A DNA stretch of 32,000 bases from an uncultured Chloroflexia bacterium (GCA_963704755.1 OY969938.1:1980001-2012000), one strand, 5' to 3'; positions 1 through 7,641 are shown, numbered from the stretch's first letter. The notes: generated from the sequence alone by a model not told the origin. Program-made: numbers and translations.

Positions 1-306
1 CCGCCGGATATCGGCTTGCAGACGATCCGCATCGTCCAGGAAGCCATGACGAATGTGCGCAAGCACGCCAACGCCAGTATCGTCCACGTCAACCTGGATA
101 TCCAGCCTGAAATGCTATCCATTACCCTGGAAGACGATGGGCGGGGTTTCGACCCCACCGAAATTCCCGAGAAAGCCTGCGGTGGAGTTGGGCTGCAGAT
201 CATGCGCGAGCGGGCCGAGAGTGTGGCCGGCGCATTCCAGGTCCATTCCCAGCCTGGACAGGGCACGCGGGTTTCTTTACAAGTTCCGCTCATCTCCCCG
301 AGGTAA
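1..306 (+). CDS. Sensor histidine kinase, C-terminal HATPase_c fragment (5' end lies outside the window)
   Basis: The frame is open from nt 1. The translation ..IVQEAMTNVRKHANAS..LEDDGRGFD..GGVGLQIMRERAE.. carries the N, G1 and G2 boxes typical of HisKA_3/NarL-partner kinases. The TAA stop is at 304-306, 7 nt before the response-regulator ATG. Confidence 0.8.
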   Translation, partial: PPDIGLQTIRIVQEAMTNVRKHANASIVHVNLDIQPEMLSITLEDDGRGFDPTEIPEKACGGVGLQIMRERAESVAGAFQVHSQPGQGTRVSLQVPLISPR

Positions 307-313
307 ACAAACA

Positions 314-1000
314 ATGGAACCATTACGGGTTTTACTGGCCGACGATCATACCCTCTTCCGGCAGGGCGTCCAGGCATTATTGTCCAACCGGCCCGGCATC
401 ACCGTGGTCGGGAGCGCCGCCAATGGCTGCGAAGCGATCCAGTTAGCGCACGAAACGATGCCCGACGTCATTTTAATGGATATCGAAATGCCGGGCTGCG
501 ACGGCCTGGAAGCCACCCGCCAGATCAAGCGCGACCTGCCCCACATCAAAATTGTGGTTCTGACGGTGGTCGATAATGAAGACACCATTTTCGAAGCGAT
601 CAAGTCCGGCGCGCAGGGCTACCTGCTCAAAGATCTGGAAGCTTACCAGCTCTACGATATGTTGGACGGCTTGCGCCGGGGAGAAGCCCCGCTTTCAGGC
701 GGTGTGGCGGCCAAGATCCTGGACGAGTTCAATCACCCGCTGCGCAGTCCGAGCGAGCAGCACCAGATCAACGAAGAGCTCTCGCCCCGTGAACGCGACG
801 TCCTGGAACTGCTGGTGACCGGTATGACCAACAAAGAGATCGCGGACGCGCTCGTCCTGACCGAAAATACGGTCAAAACTCACCTGGCCAATATTCTTGC
901 CAAGCTGCACCAGCAAAACCGCATCCAGGCCGCGGTCTATGCGGTCCGTAAAGGCCTGGTGGACGAGAAAAAAGGCCGGTCTGGAAGCGGTCCGGTGTAG
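314..1000 (+). CDS. NarL/FixJ-family response regulator (REC domain + LuxR-type HTH)
   Basis: ATG at 314. The REC motifs are LLADDH...ILMDIEMPGCDG...KIVVLT. The C-terminal HTH is LSPRERDVLELLVTGMTNKEIADALVLTENTVKTHLANILAKL. The upstream part of the tracked ORF (53-313) overlaps the kinase in another frame and is not used. Confidence 0.9.
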   Translation: MEPLRVLLADDHTLFRQGVQALLSNRPGITVVGSAANGCEAIQLAHETMPDVILMDIEMPGCDGLEATRQIKRDLPHIKIVVLTVVDNEDTIFEAIKSGAQGYLLKDLEAYQLYDMLDGLRRGEAPLSGGVAAKILDEFNHPLRSPSEQHQINEELSPRERDVLELLVTGMTNKEIADALVLTENTVKTHLANILAKLHQQNRIQAAVYAVRKGLVDEKKGRSGSGPV

Positions 1001-1227
1001 AAAGCCAGGTTTCATAATTTGCAGCGCCGGTCTGGAATATCCTTTAATCCATAACGGATTTTAGGGGGAAGAATCGATCCCCCGAGTGGTTCCTGCCTTA
1101 ACCCCAGGCTCCCCCAGGTGGGGGATGTCTTTGCCGGTATTCCTCCCCCGTTCTTTCTTGGGGGGAACCAAAAAGATCGCTCTCTTTTTCACAAATATCC
1201 GCTGACCAGGTGTTTTCTTCAGGGAAC

Positions 1228-1260
1228 AGTTTGCCTATACTGTTAACGATCAGGCAAACT
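1228..1260. promoter_or_regulatory. Inverted repeat AGTTTGCCT-N15-AGGCAAACT, candidate operator upstream of flavoenzyme 1
   Basis: Perfect 9-bp arms at 1228-1236 and 1252-1260, about 200 nt upstream of the 1457 ATG. A TTTGC..GCAAA-type inverted repeat also precedes the second flavoenzyme gene (7584-7609). Confidence 0.3.
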
Positions 1261-1456
1261 CGGAAAAGCAAAGCTTATCAAAATCAATCAAAAGGGTTTT
1301 TCTACGCGGGGCGATCAACAGAACCCCGATAGATTCGTGCATCAAATTTCCGGTCCCTGGGCCCATACCCGGTCAGGTAAACAGCGGCTGTTCAATTCCG
1401 GCTGCTGCCTCGCCGGGGCAATTTTCCCAGAACCAAAATTTCTCAGGAGAAGATTA

Positions 1457-3061
1457 ATGAGTACACCAGAAGAACCTAAAGGTATCAGCAGGCGAGATTT
1501 TCTTAAGGGTGCAGCAGTGGGCGCCGTTGCGGTCGCGGGCACCGGGATTATGGGCGCTTGCGCTCCCAAAGTCGCCGCCCCCACCCCAGAAGCAAGCACC
1601 CAGGCCCAGGCTTCTTTCGAAATCACCCCCGATCCCATTCCGGCCAGTGAGATCAAAACCACCGTCGATGCCGATGTCGTGATCGTCGGCGCTGGCGACA
1701 GCGGTTTGACGGCCGCATTGGCGGCCAGCGAAGCCGGGGCCAAGGTCGTGGTCATTGAAAAAAGCGAGACTTTTAACGGCCGTGGGTTTGGTAACGGGGC
1801 CATTGGCACCAAGTTTCACACCCAACAGGGCATCCAATTAGACAAGAAGAAAATTGTCAACGAATTGATGCGCTGGGCCGGAAATAAGGCCGAGCAGCCG
1901 CGCATCGAGATGTGGGCCAATCACAGCGGCGAGGTTTACGATCACATCATCGATCTGGCCACCGCCGCCGGCCTGGCAGTGACGCTATTCCCGGCCGCGG
2001 ATGATCCCGCCCTGGCTTATCCTGAATACCCCACCTGCCTGGTGTTCGGCAGCAAAATGGACCAGCTCGAGCTGCTGGGCGTCATCGAAGCCGAGGACAA
2101 AAAGAACGGCGTTGACTTCCATTATTCCATGAGCGCGGAACAGCTCGTTCGCGATTCCAGTGGGCGGGTAACGGCAGTGATCGCCTCCGACAGCACCGGC
2201 GCCTACACTCAATTCAACGCCAAGAACGGTGTCATCCTGAGCACCGGTGACTACGGTCACAACCAGGAAATGTTGGATAAATGGTGCCCCTGGGTCAAAA
2301 ACGTGGACGCCGTGATTTATACCCCCGCAGTCAACACCGGCGACGGGCACAAAATGGGTTTATGGGCCGGCGCCGCGCTGCAAGATTATCCGCATGCGGC
2401 TATGATCCACACCCTGGGTGGCGGGCCTTTGTCGATGAACCCGGGCCTGCGGGTAAATATGCTCGGTGAACGTTACGAGAACGAGGACGTCCCCAACCCC
2501 TACATCTGCAACTCGCGCATGCGCCAGCCCGGTAACGTCGTCTGGGCCGTGTACGACTCGCAATGGGCCGATACCGTGGTCAAACAGGACCCCGGCTTTG
2601 GACGCACCACTGCAGCCGATGGCGTAGCCGACAGCATCGACACCGCCGTGAAAAACGGCACCGTCTTGAAATCCGACACGGTCGAAGGACTGGCTACTGC
2701 GATGGGTGTCCCGGCGGATGCCTTGAAAGCCACCCTGGAGCGCTACACCGAACTGGCCAAGAACCAGGACGATGAAGATTTTGGTAAACGGGCAAACAAC
2801 CTGGGGCCGATCGATACCGCGCCGTTCTATGCCACCAAAGTCGCCGCCGTCCTGCTGGTCACGCTGGGTGGGCTCAAAGTCAATACCAACCTGGAAGTGC
2901 TCGACCCCGACAGCAAAGTCATCCCCGGTCTGTACGCAGCCGGTAACGTGGCCGGTGGTTTCTATGCCAACGATTACCCCGTCCTGGCAGCCGGCTTGAG
3001 CCATGGCCGCTGCATCACCGAAGGGTACCTGGCCGGCCAATCGGCTTCCAAAGCTGCCTGA
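1457..3061 (+). CDS. Tat-exported FAD-dependent oxidoreductase 1 (FAD_binding_2; fumarate reductase / urocanate reductase / KstD-like), probable lipoprotein
   Basis: ATG at 1457 lies 7 nt after AGGAGA (1445-1450). The twin-arginine motif is SRRDFLKG and the lipobox-like end of the signal is IMGAC-APK. The dinucleotide fold is VVIVGAGDSGLTAALAASEAGAKVVVIEK. The C-terminal FAD motif is IPGLYAAGNVAGGFYANDYP. Confidence 0.85.
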   Translation: MSTPEEPKGISRRDFLKGAAVGAVAVAGTGIMGACAPKVAAPTPEASTQAQASFEITPDPIPASEIKTTVDADVVIVGAGDSGLTAALAASEAGAKVVVIEKSETFNGRGFGNGAIGTKFHTQQGIQLDKKKIVNELMRWAGNKAEQPRIEMWANHSGEVYDHIIDLATAAGLAVTLFPAADDPALAYPEYPTCLVFGSKMDQLELLGVIEAEDKKNGVDFHYSMSAEQLVRDSSGRVTAVIASDSTGAYTQFNAKNGVILSTGDYGHNQEMLDKWCPWVKNVDAVIYTPAVNTGDGHKMGLWAGAALQDYPHAAMIHTLGGGPLSMNPGLRVNMLGERYENEDVPNPYICNSRMRQPGNVVWAVYDSQWADTVVKQDPGFGRTTAADGVADSIDTAVKNGTVLKSDTVEGLATAMGVPADALKATLERYTELAKNQDDEDFGKRANNLGPIDTAPFYATKVAAVLLVTLGGLKVNTNLEVLDPDSKVIPGLYAAGNVAGGFYANDYPVLAAGLSHGRCITEGYLAGQSASKAA

Positions 3062-3153
3062 GCTTTTGTTCGACCGGTGCAAGGAAAGGCCACGCCTGCC
3101 TCGCGTGAACTTGCGAGAAAGGTATAAGAGCCAAACGTAAGATTTACAAATCT

Positions 3154-3181
3154 GGGCCATGGCCGAAAGCGGCCATGGCCC
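3154..3181 (+). promoter_or_regulatory. Intercistronic stem-loop (12-bp perfect stem, 4-nt loop) between flavoenzyme 1 and cytochrome 1
   Basis: GGGCCATGGCCG-aaag-CGGCCATGGCCC. No U-tract follows, so it is unlikely to be a full terminator. Its position suggests an attenuator or mRNA processing/stability element. Confidence 0.5.
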
Positions 3182-3232
3182 ACACCATAAAATTCGGTTT
3201 ATATTCCGGTTATCCCTAAAGAATTCCCATCT

Positions 3233-3925
3233 ATGTTTAAACGAAAACCTAAAACCTCCAAAGAAATAAAGCCTGCTGAAGGCAAACCGCAGAGGAAAAA
3301 GCCCAGCCTGCTGCGCATCAGCGTGATCGCCAACATCGCCGTGGTGGTGATCGCCGTGCTGGTGGGCGTGGGCGGGATCGTCATACACGAATCCAACACC
3401 AACCCCAACTTCTGCGCCACCTGCCACATCATGCAGCGTAACGTCAGCTCCTACCAGACCTCGAGCAACCTCGATCACGTCCACGAGGAAGCCGGGGTTC
3501 AGTGCAAGGACTGCCACAACTATCCCCTCTCGGCGGAAATTACCAGCGGGGTCGATTTCCTGATCGGCAATTACACCGTCGGGGACGACGGCGAGCTGGT
3601 CCAGCGTAAGTACGATAACGATATGTGCCTCAAGTGCCACATCAGTTACGACAAAATCGCTCAACAGACCGATTATCTCGAAAAGAACCCCCACGAGAGC
3701 CATTTCAAGGACCTGCCCTGCAACACCTGCCACATCTCGCATGGCACCCAGATCGACTACTGCGCCAGTTGCCACGACAACGGCGGCCAGCGCATGGTTG
3801 GCGGTCCGATCATCCCGCGGGCGGACAATCCCTGGGCCACCGACACCGGCGACGCCAGCGCCGATCCGAATGCGCCCAGCGTTGAGCCCACCACCCCGGC
3901 CTCCGCAAGCGCGCCGCAAGGTTGA
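3233..3925 (+). CDS. Membrane-anchored pentahaem c-type cytochrome, copy 1 (NapC/NirT/NrfH-like quinol dehydrogenase type)
   Basis: There is a Lys/Arg-rich N-terminal tail and one TM helix (ISVIANIAVVVIAVLVGVGGIVI). Five CXXCH motifs follow: CATCH, CKDCH, CLKCH, CNTCH and CASCH. The first, FCATCHIM, lies just after the TM as in NapC/NrfH/CymA. The C-terminal tail is Pro/Ala/Thr-rich. Confidence 0.9.
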   Translation: MFKRKPKTSKEIKPAEGKPQRKKPSLLRISVIANIAVVVIAVLVGVGGIVIHESNTNPNFCATCHIMQRNVSSYQTSSNLDHVHEEAGVQCKDCHNYPLSAEITSGVDFLIGNYTVGDDGELVQRKYDNDMCLKCHISYDKIAQQTDYLEKNPHESHFKDLPCNTCHISHGTQIDYCASCHDNGGQRMVGGPIIPRADNPWATDTGDASADPNAPSVEPTTPASASAPQG

Positions 3926-3932
3926 AATTCTT

Positions 3933-3987
3933 CCCGAAAAAAATAAAATTGCCGGAGCATAGCTCCGGCAATTTTATTTTTTTCGGG
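3933..3987. terminator. Bidirectional intrinsic terminator (perfect 26-nt arms)
   Basis: CCCGAAAAAAATAAAATTGCCGGAGC-ata-GCTCCGGCAATTTTATTTTTTTCGGG. A GC core stem is flanked by an A-tract 5' and a T-tract 3' on both strands. It starts 8 nt after the cytochrome stop. Confidence 0.8.
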
Positions 3988-4008
3988 ATCCTTTAAAGCG
4001 GCCGGCAT

Positions 4009-4862
4009 GGCAGAACCCTGGCTATTAAGCCAGCTTCTGCCAATAAGGAGACCCACGCAGGTGGGTCTTTGTGTCCTTGTAGGTGCAGTTTCAACTGCTG
4101 CGGCCGGGTCAATACCCCGTTTTCTACCTCAGCGATTCGCATGCCAAACGCTCTCCCGGCTTTGAAAGCCGGGCTACGAGGACCGTCACGGCGTTTTGGA
4201 TGAGTAGCTCGGGTTTCCAACCCGAGAAAACGCCGGCCCGGCAGAATTTCGTCTATAAAGCCAGCTTCTGCCCAAAAGGAGACCCACGCAGGTGGGTCTT
4301 TGTGTCCTTGTAGGTGCAGTTTCAACTGCTACGGCCGGGTCAATGCCTTGTTTTCTACCTCGGCGATACGCAAGCCAAACACTCTCCCGGCTTTGAAAGC
4401 CGGGCTACGAAAACCTTTTCGGCGCACCGGGTGGGTAGCTCGGGTTTCTAACCCGAGAAAGCGCCGGCCAAACGTTCTCCCGGCTTTGAAAGCCGGGCTA
4501 CAAAGGAGGGCATAGGGTTTCGGATGAGTAGCTCGGGTTTCCAACCCGAGAAAGCGCCGGCCCGGCAGAATTTCGTCTATAAGGCCAGCTTTTGCCAAAA
4601 AGGAGACCCACGCAGGTGGGTCTTTGTGTCCTTGTAGGTGCAGTTTCAACTGCTACGTCTGGGTCAATGCCCCGTTTTCTACCTCAGCGATTCGCATACT
4701 AAACGCTCTCCCGGCTTCGAAAGCCGGGCTACGAGGACCGTCACGGCGTTTTGGATGAGTAGCTCGGGTTTCTAACCCGAGAAAGCGCCGGCCCGGCAGA
4801 ATTTCGTCTATTAGGCCAGGTTCTGCCAAAAAGGAGACCCACGCAGGTGGGTCTTTGTGTCC
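4009..4862 (+). repeat. Repeat array A: tandem mosaic multi-hairpin units (231, 324 and 231 bp)
   Basis: The GACCCAC-GCAG-GTGGGTC hairpin recurs at 4050, 4281, 4605 and 4836. Each unit also carries these hairpins: GGCAGAA..CTGGCT..AGCCAG..TTCTGCC, GTAGGTGCAG-TTTCAA-CTGCTAC, CCCGGCTT-tga-AAGCCGGG and CTCGGGTT-tcya-AACCCGAG. The middle unit has an internal duplication of the last two modules. Confidence 0.9.
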
Positions 4863-4912
4863 TTTCCCCATTCGATGAATTATAATGAGTACCGATCCGA
4901 AAACTGTTTTGG

Positions 4913-6685
4913 TTGTTTGGATTGGGCGGCCTGGCCGCCCAATTCAAACAACCAAAAATTATTGTCCTGCTCATAGATCCCGTGCAAAATTCCAGCGACC
5001 CCATAGAAGAAGAAACCGCCCAGCCAATCGAGAATGATTTGGGGGATTACGCGCGCCAGTTGGAGGCCTCGGCCAGGTTCAATTCGGCCATGCGCCAGGC
5101 CAAATCGCGCCGGCACGCCCTCGAGATCTTGCTCAACCTGACCCTGGAGGCTTTTTCCGCGGATATCGCCGGTGTGTATGACCTGAAGGGCTCAAAACTG
5201 ATTTACAACTCCGGGCTGGGGCTGACCATCGACCCGCCGGATGAGCTCAGCGCGGATTCGAGCAACGTGCTCGGCCGGAGCATCAATTCCGACTGCGTCC
5301 TCTTTTTCGACACAGACGAATCCTCGGAGGAGGACTGCGATTTCTGCGGCTTCCTGCTGCGCCAAAAAATGAAATCGCTGCTGGTCATTCCCCTGCGGAC
5401 GACTGATGACGCGATCGGCGTATGGTTCATCGCCCTGCGCCACCCGATTAGCCTGACGGCCAACGTCGAGCAGTTGTTGAGCACATTTTCCGAAGCGGCC
5501 GGCAACACCCTCCAGCGCTTCATGGTCATGGAGGAACTCGAGCATAACGTCGCCATCCGCGAAAAAGAGCTGGGCATCCTCTACAAAATCATGACCATTG
5601 CCGGCGAGACCGGCGAGACCCAAACTCTGCTCGACCAATCGCTGGATACGACCCTGCAAGGCGTGGGCTGTTCGACCGGCGTGATCCACCTGTACGACCC
5701 GTACGAGAAACGCTTGAAGATTATCATCCGCAAAGAATTTCCGGATGAATTATTAACTTTTTTGGAACTCTCTTCCCAGACAGATCGGCTATGGATGCAG
5801 GTATTCAACAGCCAGAAGCGAGTCCAGTACGCCAACATTCCCATCCGTTCATTCCCGGAGAACCCATCTTCCACCCCCCTGGCAACCGGCTACCTGGGCT
5901 TTCCGATCCGGGCCAAGAATATCAGCATCGGCGTGCTCAGCCTGTTCGGCGACCCGGAGCACCTGCTGGACCCGACCATCGTCCAGATTGTCAGCTCGGT
6001 CACCGACCAGCTCGGGCTGGCTTACGAAAATGTGCAGTTGCGCAAACAGGCCGAAAACGCAGTCGTCCTTCAGGAACGGCAGCGGTTGGCCCGCAATCTT
6101 CACGACTCGGTTTCGCAATCGCTGTACGCGCTGGTCATCTCAGCCGACGTCAGCAAAAAGCTGCTGCGCCTCAAAGACTACCCGCACCTGCGCGAACAAT
6201 TGAGCGACATCGGCAAAGTCGCCATCATGGCGCTCAAAGAAATGCGCCTGATGCTTTTCGAGCTGCGTCCCTCCTTCCTCGGCGACGAAGGACTGATCGG
6301 GGCCCTGGAACTGCGCCTGAACACGGTCGAGCGACGGGCCGGGATCGACGCTAACCTGATTTTTGACGAACCTTTCAAGCTGCCCCCCTTCATCGAGCAG
6401 GAAGTCTACCACATCGCCATCGAAGGGTTGAACAATTCCTTGAAACACGCTGAAGCGACCAACGTGGTGATCACCATGAAAGTAAAGCCCCGTTCCTTCT
6501 GGATGGAAATCCAGGACAACGGAATCGGTTTCGATTATTCCAATGTCAGCGCCACCGGCGGGATCGGGTTGAGCAGCATGAAAGAACGCACCCTGGGCTT
6601 GAGCGGAAAGGTCGATTTCATCTCGAACCCGGGCAGCGGAACCATCGTCCATCTGGAAATACCGATCGATCCCGAACGCCAATAG
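4913..6685 (+). CDS. Cytoplasmic sensor histidine kinase with tandem GAF-like domains + HisKA_3 + HATPase_c
   Basis: The H-box is RQRLARNLHDSVSQSLYAL. The N, G1 and G2 boxes are EGLNNSLKHAEAT, QDNGIGFD and GGIGLSSMKERT. I see no hydrophobic TM segment. The start is uncertain: the TTG at 4913 is the longest option and the first ATG is at 5090. Confidence 0.85.
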   Translation: MFGLGGLAAQFKQPKIIVLLIDPVQNSSDPIEEETAQPIENDLGDYARQLEASARFNSAMRQAKSRRHALEILLNLTLEAFSADIAGVYDLKGSKLIYNSGLGLTIDPPDELSADSSNVLGRSINSDCVLFFDTDESSEEDCDFCGFLLRQKMKSLLVIPLRTTDDAIGVWFIALRHPISLTANVEQLLSTFSEAAGNTLQRFMVMEELEHNVAIREKELGILYKIMTIAGETGETQTLLDQSLDTTLQGVGCSTGVIHLYDPYEKRLKIIIRKEFPDELLTFLELSSQTDRLWMQVFNSQKRVQYANIPIRSFPENPSSTPLATGYLGFPIRAKNISIGVLSLFGDPEHLLDPTIVQIVSSVTDQLGLAYENVQLRKQAENAVVLQERQRLARNLHDSVSQSLYALVISADVSKKLLRLKDYPHLREQLSDIGKVAIMALKEMRLMLFELRPSFLGDEGLIGALELRLNTVERRAGIDANLIFDEPFKLPPFIEQEVYHIAIEGLNNSLKHAEATNVVITMKVKPRSFWMEIQDNGIGFDYSNVSATGGIGLSSMKERTLGLSGKVDFISNPGSGTIVHLEIPIDPERQ

Positions 6686-6698
6686 AGAAGGACAAAGC

Positions 6699-7379
6699 AT
6701 GGGCCGAAATATCATTCGAGTACTGGTCGTTGACGACCATCCCATCGTACGGCGGGGGTTATGCGCCGAAATCAACCTGGATCCGGAAATGCAGGTGGTC
6801 GCCGAAGCCAAAGACGGTAAAGAGGCGGTCGAAATGGCCAGGATCCTCCAGCCGGATGTGATCTTGATGGACGCTGTGATGCCGCGTAAAAACGGCATTG
6901 AAGCCACCACCGAGATCATCCAGGAAAACCCCCTCGCGCGGGTATTGATCCTGACCAGCTTTACCGAGGACGAAAAAATCTACGCCGCCATCAAAGCCGG
7001 GGCGCTGGGTTACATTCTTAAGGATAAAGATCCCGAGGAAGTTCTCCAGGCCATCCGCGATACCTACAACGGCAAGCCCTACCTCAATCCCAACATCGCC
7101 CGGCGCTTGTTTCGCCAGCTGCACGACCAGTATTCCCTGTCTCCCGAAACAATATTGACGCCGCGCGAATTGGACGTCCTGCGCCTGGTCGCCATGGGCA
7201 CCCCCAACAAAGAAATCGCCCAAAAGATCAACGTGCAGGAAGCTACCGTGCGGGCGCATGTCAGCAATATTCTCAGCAAATTAAACCTGGCCAACCGCTC
7301 GCAACTGGTGCTGTACGCCGTCAAAAAGGGCTTGATTGAACCCAACTCGGATGAAAATATCGATCCCACTATGCTTTAG
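6699..7379 (+). CDS. NarL/FixJ-family response regulator (REC + LuxR-type HTH)
   Basis: ATG at 6699 follows GAGAAGGA. The REC motifs are VLVVDDHP..ILMDAVMPRKNG..VLILTS. The HTH is LTPRELDVLRLVAMGTPNKEIAQKINVQEATVRAHVSNILSKL. Confidence 0.9.
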   Translation: MGRNIIRVLVVDDHPIVRRGLCAEINLDPEMQVVAEAKDGKEAVEMARILQPDVILMDAVMPRKNGIEATTEIIQENPLARVLILTSFTEDEKIYAAIKAGALGYILKDKDPEEVLQAIRDTYNGKPYLNPNIARRLFRQLHDQYSLSPETILTPRELDVLRLVAMGTPNKEIAQKINVQEATVRAHVSNILSKLNLANRSQLVLYAVKKGLIEPNSDENIDPTML

Positions 7380-7583
7380 CGCGCTTCCGAGCCAGACCAG
7401 CCCTCTTTCGCGACCGTCTCTTTCCCCCTCTAAACGTTTGTTTAATTTATTTTAATCATCCGCTTATTCTGGATTAATCTTTTACCCAGATAAAGACTCG
7501 CTTTTCCCCCATAGGATTGTGTGCATTATTTCACTAATATAGTAAGCGTGCCTCATTTTTAATGTTCCTCAGGCAGAGCAAGA

Positions 7584-7609
7584 AAATTTGCACCTATTTT
7601 AGCAAATAT
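7584..7609. promoter_or_regulatory. Inverted repeat AAATTTGC-N10-GCAAATAT, candidate operator/promoter element upstream of flavoenzyme 2
   Basis: The arms match at 7 of 8 positions, in the AT-rich leader about 35-55 nt upstream of the 7642 ATG. It shares the TTTGC/GCAAA core with the 1228-1260 repeat. Confidence 0.3.
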
Positions 7610-7641
7610 TTCGCAGCACATCCGTTTGGAGAGGAAAAAGC

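Noticed and set aside
53-313. The tracked ORF 53-1000 implies an N-terminal extension of response regulator 1.
   Set aside because: The extension overlaps the histidine-kinase C-terminus in another frame and has no REC-like sequence. The ATG at 314 gives a canonical REC N-terminus (MEPLRVLLADDH).
1337-1456. The tracked ORF 1337-3061 implies a 40-codon N-terminal extension of flavoenzyme 1.
   Set aside because: The ATG at 1457 has an AGGAGA Shine-Dalgarno sequence and yields a standard Tat signal. The extension would bury the twin-arginine motif.
2360-3919. A 519-aa minus-strand ORF spans the end of flavoenzyme 1 and all of cytochrome 1. Similar shadow ORFs are at 9590-10231 and 14544-15329.
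   Set aside because: It is antisense to two genes with clear domain signatures. It crosses an intergenic region and is Gly/Ala/Val/Asp-rich low-complexity sequence typical of antisense frames in GC-rich DNA. The same reasoning applies to 6140-6919, 8131-8949, 13306-13950, 19007-20074, 20271-20972, 21173-21934, 26128-26775, 27403-28107 and 29414-30052.
4200-4235. The CTCGGGTT-tcca-AACCCGAG and neighbouring hairpins might be tRNA-like or tRNA fragments.
   Set aside because: I cannot assemble a cloverleaf with acceptor, D and T arms from the flanks. The stem is 7-8 bp with a 4-nt loop, not a 5-bp stem with a 7-nt anticodon loop.
3993-4649. The tracked ORFs inside the repeat arrays might be protein-coding. 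Examples are 3993-4325 and 4329-4649 on the minus strand (MKLHLQGHKDPPAWVS..), the Cys-rich MCPCRCSF.. ORFs at 4300, 10609, 10841 and 15570, and 22125-22373.
   Set aside because: Their sequence is dictated by the tandem hairpin modules, so the same peptide recurs with the repeat period. Open frames exist on both strands. The starts are non-ATG, with the only AAGGAG lying about 18 nt away. The variation between copies follows base-pairing rather than codon structure.
3993-4871. I considered whether the regularly repeated hairpins behind the cytochrome genes are a CRISPR array. This also applies to 10321-11230 and 22148-23082.
   Set aside because: The units are about 230-340 bp and contiguous. 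The material between the signature hairpins is itself repeated, so there are no unique spacers. No cas genes or leader are present in the window.
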